Numbered from the stretch's first letter, positions 23,267 to 34,984 are shown. The stretch: 64,000 nt of DNA from an uncultured Planctomycetota bacterium (GCA_963719315.1 CAVRBU010000001.1:288001-352000), one strand, 5' to 3'. Program-made: numbers and translations. The notes: generated from the sequence alone by a model not told the origin.

Positions 23267-24785
23267 GTAACACATCAGTTGCCTGAAGCAGTTTTTTCAG
23301 GCAGGGGCAGTAGTTGTTTGGTTTCGAGGTAGGTTTCAATCGCCGCGATGACTGTACGAATGGGATCGTGGCCGCGCTGTTTGAGGGTGCGAAAGATGGT
23401 CATGAGGACCGCCTGGCATTCGGCTCCCCGTTGGCTGCGATTGCCGTAACTGTTTTTGCGGAGGATGACTGCGGGGCGAATCGAACGCTCGGCGTGGTTG
23501 TTGTCGAAAGGAACGTCGTCGTGATCGAGGAACGTCAACAAGTCGTGCTGATGCCGCCGGAGACGCTTCACCAAACGTCTGGCGTGAGCATCTTCCCACG
23601 ACCCGCCGACGAGCTCCGCCAACCGCCGGGCGAGACAATCCCGCCGCGAAGCGTACGTTTGGGCGGACAGATCCGGCTTGCGTCGCCACAGCCGAATCGC
23701 GTCGCCCACCAGACGCCGCAACTTCTTGGCAAACAGAGGCCAATGTTGGCCCGGCGATTTGTATTTTTCGGTCTGTTCCAACTCGCGCAGCAAGTGCACC
23801 AGGCACGTTTGTCGCGCAGCGCAAGTGACCGCGTTGTACGCGCTCCAAAAGTCTGTAATCAACGTGCCCGCAAACTCGTCGACGAAGAATTTGGCCAGCG
23901 CCGGACTGCCCCGCGAGCGGTCGATCAGGTAGTACGTCACCGACTGGTTGCTGAAGCACCACAGCCAGTGCGTTTTGCCATTGGTTCGCCAGCCGGTCTC
24001 GTCCCCGTGCAACACGGCCGACGCCAGCGCTTCGGAGTGAATCTGCTCGTACCAGGCAAACAGGATTTTCTGCAGCCGCTGCCACATCTGCAGCAAGCCG
24101 CCAGGGGTGATGTTGAGTTGCAGATGGAAGTTGAAGACTTCGACGATTTGCGAGAGCGTGTTGCCCAAAGCGTAGTGCAGCCAAGCACTGAGCACCAGCA
24201 CGCGGTTGCCCAGCGTCGCGCCGGGCAACGCGGCGACCACCGGTGGCTCGACCTTTTTGCGGCACGCTGGACACCAGTCGCGATGGATCGTGTGTTCGGT
24301 GACTTCCGGCTGGATGTCCGGAATGTCTTCCGTATAGCGGGTGCGGATTTCTTGGCACGATTGCAAGCGGCTGCCACAATCGGGACACGAGCGGATGCGA
24401 TGGTCGACTTGCCAGTCGATCCGCTCCGGAGGCGGCCGACGCGAACCCGGATGACCGTGCTTGGCTCCCGGTTTCTTTCCCCGTTTGCGTTGGGCCGGCT
24501 TTTGGTAAATCGGCACCATCCCCGAAGGCGTCGACGGCGTCACCGAGCAATCGTTACTCTTGGCCCTCGACTCGGCCAGCTCCTTCGTCAATTCCAACAA
24601 CGCAAAAACCACCGCTTCCTTGCCGCGCGCATAAATCGCTTCCGCCTGATGACGGCTCAGCTCTGCGGCGCGCAACGCTTGTACCGTCTTCTCGGAGATC
24701 AACTGCGTGTCCACTGCCATAACCCATGGACATAACCCTTTCCAGCAATTTAACCAAGATCAACTTCAGACGGCTGGTGTGTTAC
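23267..24785 (-). mobile_element. IS66-family element, single-ORF (ISBst12-like) type, 1519 bp
   Basis: IRs GTAACACAtCAGttGcCTGAAG / GTAACACAcCAGccGtCTGAAG; 8-bp TSD GTTTTTCC at 23259-23266 and 24786-24793. Confidence 0.92.
23275..24720 (-). CDS. tnpC: IS66 family transposase
   Basis: CPDCG/CPAC zinc finger, HGDETGW, LITDFWSAY, QTCLVHLLR and DNNHAERSIR. Confidence 0.93.
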   Translation of the reverse strand: MAVDTQLISEKTVQALRAAELSRHQAEAIYARGKEAVVFALLELTKELAESRAKSNDCSVTPSTPSGMVPIYQKPAQRKRGKKPGAKHGHPGSRRPPPERIDWQVDHRIRSCPDCGSRLQSCQEIRTRYTEDIPDIQPEVTEHTIHRDWCPACRKKVEPPVVAALPGATLGNRVLVLSAWLHYALGNTLSQIVEVFNFHLQLNITPGGLLQMWQRLQKILFAWYEQIHSEALASAVLHGDETGWRTNGKTHWLWCFSNQSVTYYLIDRSRGSPALAKFFVDEFAGTLITDFWSAYNAVTCAARQTCLVHLLRELEQTEKYKSPGQHWPLFAKKLRRLVGDAIRLWRRKPDLSAQTYASRRDCLARRLAELVGGSWEDAHARRLVKRLRRHQHDLLTFLDHDDVPFDNNHAERSIRPAVILRKNSYGNRSQRGAECQAVLMTIFRTLKQRGHDPIRTVIAAIETYLETKQLLPLPEKTASGN

Positions 24786-25236
24786 GTTTTTCCAAGGAGC
24801 AGGTGATTGCGCCGGACGACAAGTATTTACAGGGAGCGAATTTGGTAATTGAAGTAGTCAGCGACGACGACGAATCGCATAAGCGCGATTATCAAGAGAA
24901 GCGCGCCGATTATGCGGAATTGGGTATTCCCGAGTATTGGATCGTCGACCCGCAAGAGCGGCGAATTTCCGTGCTAATGCTCGATGGCAGTCAATATCGC
25001 GTTCATGGTGAGTTCGCACCGGGCCAACAGGCTTCCTCGTCGTTCCTCGCGGGCTTTGCCGTAGATGTGTCGGCGGTTTTTGCAGCGGGGCAGATTCTCT
25101 CGTGACCCCATATTTTAGTGGCCATTTCCCTGCTCTGACGGGCTGAAATAAGCTAAACTTCCCTATGGGTTCATCGCCTGGAGGGTCGCTCGGGCGTTTT
25201 ACGGGATGAAGCGTCGCGAGCGGAGATTCGTGGCCG

Positions 25237-25995
25237 ATGATTGATGTCAGGTCCCTCACAAAGGCGTACTCCGACCTGCTGCGCGGTGAGGTGCTCGCGC
25301 TGTCGGGCCTGACGTTCTCGGCCGCCGCGGGCCAGGTGTACGGATTGTTGGGACCAAACGGCGCCGGCAAGACCACCGCGTTGCGGATCCTGAGCACGGT
25401 GCTGCAACCCACGAGCGGCACGGCGACGGTCGGGGGCTTCGATTGCGTGACGCAACCCGAAATGGTCCGCCACCAGATCGGCTTCATCTCGGCCAACACG
25501 GCGGTATACGACCGCATGACGGCCTGGGAAATGGTTGCCTACTTCGGCCGCCTGTATGGCATGGAGGAAGAAGAGCTGCGCGAGCGAATGGAGCTGCTGT
25601 TCGAGCGGTTGCAGATGCGAGAGATTCGCGATCTGCTGGGCGCCAAGATGTCGACCGGCATGAAGCAGAAGGTTTCGATCGCCCGGGCGATCGTACACGA
25701 TCCGCCGGTGCTGATCTTCGACGAAGCCACGACCGGCCTTGATGTTCTTGTGGCGCGGGCGTTATTGGATGCTGTTGCCGAACTTCGCGATCAGGGCAAG
25801 TGCATCCTGTTTTCGACGCACATCATGCGCGAGGCGGAGCGGCTTTGCGATCGGGTCGCTATCATGCACCGCGGGCTCATTTTGGCGGAGGGGACGCTCG
25901 ATGAACTCCGCGATCAACAATCCGAGCGCGACCTGGAAGAACTTTTCTTTCAATTGATTATGAAGCAGCAGGAGGTGGAAGTCGTGAGTAGGTGA
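25237..25995 (+). CDS. ABC transporter ATP-binding protein (NatA-like)
   Basis: [25 protein letters not shown] and STH. Confidence 0.92.
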   Translation: MIDVRSLTKAYSDLLRGEVLALSGLTFSAAAGQVYGLLGPNGAGKTTALRILSTVLQPTSGTATVGGFDCVTQPEMVRHQIGFISANTAVYDRMTAWEMVAYFGRLYGMEEEELRERMELLFERLQMREIRDLLGAKMSTGMKQKVSIARAIVHDPPVLIFDEATTGLDVLVARALLDAVAELRDQGKCILFSTHIMREAERLCDRVAIMHRGLILAEGTLDELRDQQSERDLEELFFQLIMKQQEVEVVSR

Positions 25996-26046
25996 GTAGG
26001 TTCCCAGCCGACCTACCACTCACTTCCTCACCTACTCACCTACACC
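25984..26046. repeat. Octamer (GTGAGTAG)n / inverted-array hairpin; supplies the upstream stop codon
   Basis: GTGAGTAGGTGAGTAGGT ... ACCTACCACTCACTTCCTCACCTACTCACCTACACC. Confidence 0.8.
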
Positions 26047-28413
26047 ATGAACTGGCGCAACATACGTCTGATCTACGCCCGCGAGATTCGCGATCAACTT
26101 CGCGATCGGCGGACGCTGTTCATGATCGCGGTGTTGCCGCTGCTGCTGTATCCGCTGCTGGGAATGAGTATCTTTCAACTTTCGCAGTTCGTGAGGAAGA
26201 GCGAGCCGAAGATCTTGGTCATCGGCAGCGAGCAGTTGAGCACGAGCGACGAGATGCCGCGGCTGTTTATCGACGGCCATTTTGCCGCCGACCTGGCGGG
26301 CGACAGCAAAATCGCGGATTGGCTGCATTTGGAGTTTCAGAAAGGCGCAGGCACGAAGGGCGATTCAAAATTGCCGGCGTCGGAAACGAAGAAAAACGAG
26401 AATCCCGAGACGCCGGCCGCCACTTACGAGGAGGCTGTGGCGCTTGCCGAGGAGCGGCTCAAATCGGGCGACGTGCAGGTGGTATTGAATTTCCCGCCCG
26501 ATTTCGGCGAGCGCTTGAACGAGTTGCGGGCCCAAATCGAGGCGGGGGCGGAGGGCGCGAAACGAACGAAACTGGATCGCCCGGCGGCCGAAATAATCCC
26601 CAGGCCGCAGTTGATGTACAACTCCGGGAAGGAAAAATCGCGCGTCGCCCACATGCAGGTAGAGCAGATTCTGGATGTTTGGAAGTCGCAGATCGTCCGC
26701 GAGAATCTGCTGGCGAGCCGCGTTCCGGCGAACGTGGCCCGGCCGTTCGAACTTCAGCCGCACGACGTGGCCGAGCGCCGTCAGCAGCAAGCGCTGATGT
26801 GGTCGAGGATACTGCCCTTCGTGTTGTTCATTTGGGCCCTGACGGGCGCTTTTTATCCAGCGGTGGATTTGTGCGCAGGCGAGAAGGAGCGCGGCACGTT
26901 GGAGACGCTCCTTTCCAGCCCGGCAGCGCGGATTGAAATCGTATGGGGCAAGTTGCTGACCGTGATGACGTTCAGTTGCGCGACGGCAACTCTGAACTTA
27001 TTGAGTCTCGGCGTTACCAGCCGTTACGTCATGTCGCAGTTGAGTCTGATGCCCATGGGCGATCTGGGCCAAGGCCTGGAGCTGCCGCCGTTCACTTCGA
27101 TGCTGTGGCTTCTCGCGGGGTTGCTACCGATGTCCGCGCTGTTTAGCGCGTTGTGCCTGGCACTCGCGGCTTTCGCTCGCAGTACGAAAGAAGGTCAATA
27201 TTATCTGATGCCGCTGTTCCTGGTGAGCATGCCGCTGATGATGTTTCCGCTTGCGCCAGGCGCGGATTTGAACCTCGGCAACAGTTTGATCCCAGTCACA
27301 GGCGTCATTCTGCTATTGATGGGTTTGGTGCAAGGGGACTACGCCGAGGCCTTGCGGTATGCCGTGCCGGTGGCCGTCGTGACGCTCATCTGTTGTCATT
27401 TAGCGATCCGCTGGGCCGTCTACCAATTCAACCAGGAGTCGGTATTGTTTCGCGAAAGCGAGCGGCTCGACCCACGGCGTTGGCTCATGCATTTGGTACG
27501 CGATCGGCGGGATACGCCGTCGCTCGCGGAAGCATTTTTCTGCGTGGTGCTAATCTTCGTGATTCAGTTCTTCATGCAGTTGGCGCTTTCCGCGAATGCG
27601 CCGGCGAATCCCGGTTTCACGTTCCTGGTGCTCTTGCTCTTCATCAGTCAGATCGTCTGCATCGCTCTGCCGGCGTTGTTGATGGCGTTGTTTTTCACCG
27701 GTCGGCCGCGGAAAACGCTGCTCCTTGCTCGAATGCCAAGCGTAACGACTTGCGGGGTGGCGGTGCTGCTGGCCGTGCTGTTGCACCCCTTCGGATTGCA
27801 ATTGTCGTATTGGATTCAGAAGCTATATCCCGTTTCCAGAGAGCTTCAAAATAATCTCGATATGTTCGTTGGGTTGCTGAAAACGGCGCCGTATCCGTGG
27901 CTGCCGTACGTTCTTATGGCAGTCTTGCCGGCTCTGTGCGAGGAGCTTGCTTTTCGCGGTTTCGTCCTGTCGGGCCTGCGGCATTTGGGCAGTAAATGGT
28001 GGGCGATTGGCTTGACGTCGGTGTTCTTCGGAATGGCGCACGGAATCGTGCAGCAGTCGTTGTCGGCGGCGGCACTGGGCATGGTGCTGGGCTACATTGC
28101 CGTGCAAACGGGTAGCATCGTGCCGTGCATGTTGTTCCACGTGACCTACAACGGGTTAGGGATGTCGACCGCGTTTTGGCCGCAATTGGCCGAGGGGTGG
28201 CCGATTCTTGAATCGCTAATTCATGCGACGGGCGATGGCCCGATGCTCTTCAATTGGCCCGTTACCGCCGTTTGCCTCGCAGCGGCGACTGTGCCGTTAT
28301 TGTGGCTGCGGCGGTTGCCGTATCAGGCGACGCGCGAAGAGCAGATCAGCGACGCGCGGGCCCGGCAGCCACATCATCCGCTGCCGGCCGGTGCGCCGAG
28401 CAGCGCGGAGTAA
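26047..28413 (+). CDS. ABC permease (NatB-like) fused to a CPBP/CAAX intramembrane protease domain
   Basis: RDRRTLF, AGEKERGTLETLL, and C-terminal CEELAFRG...FGMAH...FHVTYN. Confidence 0.9.
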   Translation: MNWRNIRLIYAREIRDQLRDRRTLFMIAVLPLLLYPLLGMSIFQLSQFVRKSEPKILVIGSEQLSTSDEMPRLFIDGHFAADLAGDSKIADWLHLEFQKGAGTKGDSKLPASETKKNENPETPAATYEEAVALAEERLKSGDVQVVLNFPPDFGERLNELRAQIEAGAEGAKRTKLDRPAAEIIPRPQLMYNSGKEKSRVAHMQVEQILDVWKSQIVRENLLASRVPANVARPFELQPHDVAERRQQQALMWSRILPFVLFIWALTGAFYPAVDLCAGEKERGTLETLLSSPAARIEIVWGKLLTVMTFSCATATLNLLSLGVTSRYVMSQLSLMPMGDLGQGLELPPFTSMLWLLAGLLPMSALFSALCLALAAFARSTKEGQYYLMPLFLVSMPLMMFPLAPGADLNLGNSLIPVTGVILLLMGLVQGDYAEALRYAVPVAVVTLICCHLAIRWAVYQFNQESVLFRESERLDPRRWLMHLVRDRRDTPSLAEAFFCVVLIFVIQFFMQLALSANAPANPGFTFLVLLLFISQIVCIALPALLMALFFTGRPRKTLLLARMPSVTTCGVAVLLAVLLHPFGLQLSYWIQKLYPVSRELQNNLDMFVGLLKTAPYPWLPYVLMAVLPALCEELAFRGFVLSGLRHLGSKWWAIGLTSVFFGMAHGIVQQSLSAAALGMVLGYIAVQTGSIVPCMLFHVTYNGLGMSTAFWPQLAEGWPILESLIHATGDGPMLFNWPVTAVCLAAATVPLLWLRRLPYQATREEQISDARARQPHHPLPAGAPSSAE

Positions 28414-28422
28414 TATGTCGGC

Positions 28423-28487
28423 GTAGCTGGATTTGCAAAAATTCAGCTTCGTGCTACACGTGGCTGAATTCTTGCTAATTCAGCTAC
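28423..28487. repeat. GTAG-type REP doublet
   Basis: GTAGCTGGATTTGCAAAAATTCAGC ... GCTGAATTCTTGCTAATTCAGCTAC inverted pair. Confidence 0.7.
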
Positions 28488-28496
28488 AATCGATGG

Positions 28497-29754
28497 ATGC
28501 CGATTTCTATTCGAGCCCGTGTGGTGTTTCCAGTCGACCGTCCGCCAATTGAACGCGGCGTGGTGACGCTCGACGGCGAACGGATCGTCGATGTTGGAAC
28601 GCAGGCAGCCAGCGACGACTTGATCGATCTGGGGTCGGCGGCGCTCTTGCCGGGTTTGGTCAATGCACACACCCACCTGGAATTCAGCTATCTACGTCAG
28701 CCTTTGGGTACGCCGGGGATGTCGCTCGTGGAATGGATTCGCCTCGTGATCGCGGAGCGGGGGCGGAATGAACAATTATTTACGGAGCCGCTGGTTCGTG
28801 GTGCGCAGGAGAGCATTGCGGCGGGCGTAACGACAGTCGGAGATATCGCGACTAACCCCGCCGGAATGCTGCCCGGACTGATTGACGCGACGCACTTTCA
28901 CGAAGTGATTGGTTTCTCGCGGGCGCGGGCGGATTCGGCCCTGAAAGCGCTCGTAGACCGAATTGACTTTGCCCAAAAGGCGCTTGCGAATTTGGGCTCT
29001 GAAGCAACCGCCCGTTTGCGGTACGGCATCAGTCCGCATGCGCCGTACACGGTCTCTCCGCGGCTTTTAAGTGAACTCGTGTCTTTGGCGCAAAAGCGCA
29101 ATCTGCCGATGGCGATGCATGTCGCCGAGAGCCGCGAAGAACTGCAACTGCTCCGCGACGGCGACGGTCCGTTTCAAACATTACTCGAGGAGAGGAGTAT
29201 GTGGGATGCGGATGCCATCTCGCGCGGCAGCCGGGCTCTCGACTATCTACACTTGCTGAGCGCCTGCGCCGCGTGCGCTGGTGATTCACGGCAACTATAT
29301 GGATGGCGAAGAACTGGCGTTTTTAGCTGCCAAGCGGGAGCGGATGTCGCTCGTTTATTGTCCGCGGACGCACGCGTATTTTCAGCATGCCGCTTATCCG
29401 CTGACGCAAGCGTTGTCGGCGAACGTGCGTGTCGCACTGGGTACGGATAGCCGGGCGTCGAATCCCGATTTGGATTTGCTGGCGGAAATGCGATTCGTTG
29501 CGAAAGCACATCCCACGGTCGATCCGCACGCCGTATTGCGGATGGGCACGTTGGCAGGTGCGGAGGCACTTGGGAGAGACGACGCGGTAGGAAGTCTTAC
29601 GACTGGAAAGTCAGCCAATATGATTGCGGTGCCGATTCCACTTAATGTGCGCGGCGCTCCGAATGAGTTATTGACTTCCGTTTTCGAAAACGAGGGGCCC
29701 GCGATTGCAGTGTGGATGAACGGCGAAAGAGCACGTGCTGTGCCTGTCGAATAG
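28497..29754 (+). CDS. Metal-dependent amidohydrolase/deaminase, possibly aminodeoxyfutalosine deaminase-like (apparent frameshift ~29270)
   Basis: NAHTHLEFS, SPHAPYTVS and MHVAES, continuing as IHGNY...YCPRTH...LGTDSRASN in the next frame. Confidence 0.75.
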
Positions 29755-29789
29755 AGCGGAAGTCCGATTTTGTCCTAATTTACTACTTA

Positions 29790-30756
29790 GAACCCCTAAC
29801 AAAACCCTTCGGTGAGTATGTTGAAGCAGATGAGAGATTGAGCCAGAGTCACAAAGGCTTTATGGATATCGGCCCTCCGATCAAATCGCGTTCGCAGCCG
29901 CCGGAAATTATTCATCCAACTGAGCGTACGTTCGGAAACCCAACGATAAATTCCTAGGCCGCTGCCATGTTCCGTATTGCGTTTAGCCAAGTGGGGTTTG
30001 ATGCCGCGATCGCGGAGTGCTTGTCGGTGCTTTTCGGAGTCGTACGCCCGATCCGCATACACCTCTTCCGGACGCTGTTTCGGCCGGCCCGGTTTGCCCG
30101 CCACCGGCTCGATTCCGTCAATCAACGGGATCAGTTGGGTCACGTCGTGTCGATTGGCGGCGGTGAGAATGAATTTGAGCGGGACGCCGTTCGCATCGGT
30201 GACCACATGATGTTTACTGCCGGGTTTTCGCCGATCCGTTGGGTTCGGTCCCGTTTTTTCGCCGCCCCCTACAGCACGAACCGTCGCACTATCGACTGCC
30301 GCTCGCGACCAATCGAGTTGATCGGCGCTGCGCAGATTCTCCAACAATGTTTGTTTCAACGCCTCCCAGACGCCTGCTTCGTGCCACTCCTGTAACCGTC
30401 GCCAGCAGGTCATTCCAGATCCACATCCCATTTCCAGGGGAAGATATTCCCAAGGAATACCCGTTCGTAAAACAAAAATGATTCCGGTCAAGACTTTGCG
30501 ATCATCGATCCGCGGTCGGCCTCCTTTGGGGCTCGGTTCGTGTTCAGGGAGTAAAGGAGACAACATCTCCCACAATTCGTCAGGAACTAATTCTTTAGCC
30601 ATCGTTGGTCCTCCAGATAGTTGGTTTCACTCCAAAGGAATTCTGGGGACAATCAACGCCGTGTCACGACTGCAATTTCAAAAACAAGTTTTACATCTTC
30701 CACAACGACTCGAATCAATTACTAGCACTGCTAGTAGACAGTATTGTTAGGGGTTC
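29790..30756 (-). mobile_element. IS5-family element, copy 1 (967 bp)
   Basis: 13-bp IR GAACCCCTAACAA; TTA duplicated at 29787-29789 and 30757-30759. Confidence 0.93.
29796..30602 (-). CDS. IS5 family transposase
   Basis: GRPRIDDR, LRTGIPW, AVDSATVRA, ADRAYDS and RWVSERTLSW. Confidence 0.93.
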   Translation of the reverse strand: MAKELVPDELWEMLSPLLPEHEPSPKGGRPRIDDRKVLTGIIFVLRTGIPWEYLPLEMGCGSGMTCWRRLQEWHEAGVWEALKQTLLENLRSADQLDWSRAAVDSATVRAVGGGEKTGPNPTDRRKPGSKHHVVTDANGVPLKFILTAANRHDVTQLIPLIDGIEPVAGKPGRPKQRPEEVYADRAYDSEKHRQALRDRGIKPHLAKRNTEHGSGLGIYRWVSERTLSWMNNFRRLRTRFDRRADIHKAFVTLAQSLICFNILTEGFC

Positions 30757-32663
30757 TTAGGCTTCGGGGCCGGCGCCGGCGCTAGAACCCGTGCACGGAG
30801 TTGGAACCCATTCCGCGTTCGGCCGCGGTTTAGAAATACGTCGGCACTCTTCAGCGTGGGCGCGAGAGCTGCCATTTCTAACCATAGTTCGCCTTCACGA
30901 ATTCCCCCGACGATGCCAAGGGGTGGCGAATCAGGGAATTCACGCACGAGTGGGCCACCGATCACCGGCACGCCGACGATGGCCGCCGCCTCGCGCTGTC
31001 GCCAGGCAAAATATGCGTGGGGGTCGATGAAGACTCGCCAGTCGGCCTCAGCGGGCAACAGCGCGTTGCACTCGCTCAATTCCCCGCGATTCCATTCAAT
31101 CGGTTGCTTCTTATCGATCACCTTGAGGACGGCGTTCGTTTGTTCCTCGGTAGCAGCCGCGAGCAGCACAGAGTTTTCGTCCGTCGGCACGATCCACAGC
31201 CGCAGCTTTCCGCCGGGGCCGAAAAGTCTTTCCATGGCCTGGCGAATTTCAGGCACGATCGCGCCGCCTTCGAGGGCAGCCACATCCAGCGAATACTGAG
31301 TCGCGGGCCGGTCGCCAAGTTTCGCTTCTTCCACATCGAACACGAGCCGCGTTTCACCCTTGGCGCCGCGATTGGCGGAGTTCCACAGGCGCATGACCTC
31401 GTTCGCGTGTTCGACGAACGTCTGGGCCGAATCGACGCGCACCGCGACGAAGTTATTGCTGTAAACGGGCTGCGTCTCTTCGCCCGGCTGGCTCAGCACC
31501 GCGACCGAGCGAACGTCCGCCGCGGCCAACTCGACGCTGTCCAACAATCGTTTGAACGGGGTCTCATCAAGTTCCGTCCGTTCTTCGGCCTTAAGATCGG
31601 CCGCTACGCGCCGCGCGTAGGCCTTCGCATACGCGGAAAGGATCGGCGTCGGCAGTTGACCGACGCCATTCAGTACGAAGCCGCCGCCATCATAAAAGCT
31701 CAATGGCCACGGGGCCGACCGATTCGCCCGATTGTCGATTAGCTGCTTCGTCGCCTCGTCGTATAGCCCGATGCGAATGCTCGTCAGGGCGTTGCCATTG
31801 GCGTCCAAACGGAGTCCGCAACCAATCACGTGGGCCTGATGCATGGATTCCGCTAGTTCAGGCATCGCGGCCGACCATTTCTGAAATTCGGTTTTTGCGT
31901 TTTCAAGAATATCCGCGAATCTGATCGCCCCGCGGGGCGACACGAGGACACGGCGGTTTGCGTTTTGATTCGGCAAGGGGGGGGCGTTGTCATTGGCGTT
32001 CGGCGGGCCCGTGAATTCTTTGTTTTCGTTCTCGCCCATCAATGACACGAGCGAACGAACGCCGGGCGAAAAGGCGACGACGGTGACGTCGTTTCCATCG
32101 ATCCACTTGCTCCAACGTGGCATTTGCGGCGTCGACGGCGCTGCGGAAGCCAGTTGTGCAATGCGGTCGCGTTGGTCGGGGTCCATCACCAGCGCCCATT
32201 CACCGTGGTGGGCGACCAGCAAGTCTTCGCCGGCGATCGTGGCAGCGGCAATGCCGTCGATCAACGTTGCGCCGAGCGAGTTGAGAAATCGATCGTAGTC
32301 GGCCACCGGCAGCCAAACGCAGAATTTGAGTGACTCTTCGCTGCCGACCGAGGCCGGAAAAAAGGCCAGCAGAAAATCGCCTTCGGGATTGAGGCCTGCG
32401 CCAATGCCGGCGAATTCTTTCAGGAACGTCAGCGGCCGAGGGATGCTGCGTTGCAGGATGGCCGCCAACTGAGCGACTTTGGTATCCGCCGACGACAGAT
32501 TGTGAACGAGCACGAAACCTAGCGCGTCGCTGGGTACCTGCGACAGAATATCGGCTGCCCGGCCTGTAGCTGGTGCAACGATCAGCAGAAAACAGAGCAC
32601 GATACTGATGCGAATACGGCTATTCATGGCGCGCCTAGCAATCCGGGTGATGAGGTCCGTCAT
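30747..32663 (-). CDS. Exported hypothetical protein
   Basis: 638-aa ORF with signal peptide; its stop now lies inside the IS5 end. Confidence 0.75.
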   Translation of the reverse strand: MTDLITRIARRAMNSRIRISIVLCFLLIVAPATGRAADILSQVPSDALGFVLVHNLSSADTKVAQLAAILQRSIPRPLTFLKEFAGIGAGLNPEGDFLLAFFPASVGSEESLKFCVWLPVADYDRFLNSLGATLIDGIAAATIAGEDLLVAHHGEWALVMDPDQRDRIAQLASAAPSTPQMPRWSKWIDGNDVTVVAFSPGVRSLVSLMGENENKEFTGPPNANDNAPPLPNQNANRRVLVSPRGAIRFADILENAKTEFQKWSAAMPELAESMHQAHVIGCGLRLDANGNALTSIRIGLYDEATKQLIDNRANRSAPWPLSFYDGGGFVLNGVGQLPTPILSAYAKAYARRVAADLKAEERTELDETPFKRLLDSVELAAADVRSVAVLSQPGEETQPVYSNNFVAVRVDSAQTFVEHANEVMRLWNSANRGAKGETRLVFDVEEAKLGDRPATQYSLDVAALEGGAIVPEIRQAMERLFGPGGKLRLWIVPTDENSVLLAAATEEQTNAVLKVIDKKQPIEWNRGELSECNALLPAEADWRVFIDPHAYFAWRQREAAAIVGVPVIGGPLVREFPDSPPLGIVGGIREGELWLEMAALAPTLKSADVFLNRGRTRNGFQLRARVLAPAPAPKPKNP

Positions 32664-32711
32664 CAGCTTTTATTATCGTGCGGCCGGTCAACTTCGGCAA
32701 GAAAGCGCGTG

Positions 32712-32806
32712 CGGCGGCGGTCTCCTAATTTGGCACCGTTCGGACCGGAAATATGAAACACGGACTTCAGTCCGTACGAGAATCACGGACTGAAGTCCGT
32801 GCCACA
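32712..32806. repeat. Composite repeat, copy 2, plus a second REP-like unit
   Basis: Inverted copy of 2944-3016 followed by CACGGACTGAAGTCCGTGCCACA. Confidence 0.8.
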
Positions 32807-32863
32807 AGCTTGTTGTGCCGCAAATTGGGACACTACCCGTGCGGCGGCAGTGGCGTGTATGGG

Positions 32864-32916
32864 TGTAGACCGCTCGCTCCACGAGCGGGATTCGGTTCGC
32901 GGAGCGACCGACTACA
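32864..32916. repeat. GTAG-type REP doublet
   Basis: TGTAGACCGCTCGCTCCACGAGCGG ... TCGCGGAGCGACCGACTACA. Confidence 0.7.
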
Positions 32917-32919
32917 GCA

Positions 32920-34984
32920 CTATCGGCCGCAGAGCTTTTGGACCGCCGCGATCACTGCTTCGGCCGTGATGCCGCGGTGCTTGTAGATTTCTTGGTAGGG
33001 GGCCGAGGCGCCGTAGGTATCGAGGCCGATAAACACGCCTTGGAATCCCAGGTATTGGTCCCAGCACTGCTTAACGCCCGCTTCGATGGCGATGCGTTTG
33101 GTCGCGGCAGGCGGCAGCACCTCCTCGCGGTAACTCGCCGGCTGTTCATTGAACAGTTCGAATGATGGCAGGCTGACGACGCGGCTCTTGATTCCAGCGG
33201 CGACGAGCTTTTCATGGGCGGCAATGGCAAGTTGCACCTCGCTCCCGGTGGACATGAGAATGACGTTCCGGCAGTCCTTTGCCGCTGTCGGCCAGCACGT
33301 AGCCGCCGCGGGCGACGCCGGTTGCCGGCGCATATTTCGTGCGATCGAACGTTGGCAAATTCTGCCGGGTGAGAATCATGGCGACAGGCCGCTCGGTTTG
33401 CTCCAGCGCCACGCGCCAGGCTTGGGCCGTTTCGTTGGCGTCGGCCGGGCGCAACACGATCAACCGCGGTATCGCGCGGCAGGCGGCCAGTTGTTCGATC
33501 GGTTCGTGCGTCGGGCCGTCTTCACCGACGCCAATCGAATCGTGCGTGAACACGATAATCGTGGGAATCTTCATGATCGCCGCGAGTCGAATCGACGGCC
33601 GGCAGTAATCGCTAAAGACGAAGAATGTCGCGCCGAACGCCCGCAGCCCGCAGAGGACCATGCCGTTGACGGCGGCCACCATGCCGTGCTCGCGGATGCC
33701 GAAGTGCATATTGCGACCACCCGGATTGTTGGCTTCCAAGTCGCCGCCGGCTTCTTCGAAGGTGAGTAGCGTTTTCGTGGATGGCGCGAGGTCGGCCGAA
33801 CCGCCGAGCAACCACGGGATGTTCTTGGCGAGGCCGTTAAGTGCCTTGCCGCCGGAGACGCGGCTGGCCATGCCTTTGGCATCGGCCGGAAACGTGGGAA
33901 GGTCCTTGTCCCAGCCTGTGGGGAGTTTACGGGATTGAATCATCCGCAATTCGGCCGCCAACTCAGGGTATTTCTTTTCGTAATCGCCGAAGAGCTGTAC
34001 CCAGTCGCGATGGAGCCGCGCGCCGCGCTTGCCGAGGGTATCTTGAAAATACTTCGGTACCTCGGGCGGCACGAGGAATTTGGCGTCCGCTGGCCAGCCG
34101 TAGAATTCCTTCGTCTTGATGATCTCTTCGTCGCCAAGAGGTTCGCCGTGAGCCTTGGACGTGCCGGCTTTGGTTGGCGCACCGTATCCGATGATGCTCT
34201 TCACTACAATTAGCGTCGGGCTGCCTTCGTGAGAGAGGAATCCCTGGTAGGCCTTATCCAGCGCGGCAAGGTCGTTGGCATCCTGCACGGCCAGCACGTG
34301 CCAACCGAGACCGCGGAATCGGGTGGCGACATCCTCGTCGAACGCCAGATCCGTTTTGCCTTCGATCGTGATGTGGTTGTTGTCGTAGATCCAACAGAGA
34401 TTCGATAGTTTCAAGTGCCCGGCAAGCGACGCGGCTTCATTCGAGATGCCTTCCATCAGGTCGCCGTCGCTGCACTGCGTCCAGACATTGAAATTGAACA
34501 ATTCGAAGCCGGGCTTGTTGTAGTGGGCGGCGAGCCAGCGCGAGGCAATCGCCATGCCGACACTGTTGCCGCAACCCTGGCCGAGCGGGCCGGTCGTAGT
34601 TTCGACACCGCTAGTGTGCTTGTATTCCGGATGTCCAGGTGTGCGGCTGCCCCATTGGCGAAAGTTCTTTATTTCCTCCAGCGGCAGCGAGGGCTGATCG
34701 GTCACTTTGCCATCGGGCGTGACCTCGCGGACGCCGGACAAATGAATTAGCGAATAGAGCAGCATCGAGGCATGGCCGCACGAAAGCACGTACCGATCGC
34801 GGTTTGGCCAAAGCGGCGCGGCCGGGTCGTACCGCAGATGTTGCGTCCACAACTGGAAAGCCACAGGGGCGAGCGCCATTGGCGTGCCGGGGTGCCCGCT
34901 GTTGGCAGCTTCGACGGCGTCCATCGCCAGTGTGCGGATCGTATTGATCGAGATTTGTTCGAGGCTTTGAGCGATGGTAGACAT
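32920..34984 (-). CDS. tkt: Transketolase (apparent frameshift ~33270)
   Basis: SGHPGTPM, GVETTTGPLGQG, SDGDLMEG, HFGIREH and THDSIGVGEDGPTHEP; C-terminal TGSEV...RVVSLP in the adjacent frame. Confidence 0.95.

Larger units (their letters stand above)
22946..25105 (+). pseudogene. Uma2 family endonuclease interrupted by IS66
   Basis: 5' part ...VELIDG...PTISHQ...REPDVICFS joins in frame to KEQVIAP...LVIEVVS...DYQEKRADYAELGIPEYWIVDP once the IS and one TSD are removed. Confidence 0.9.
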
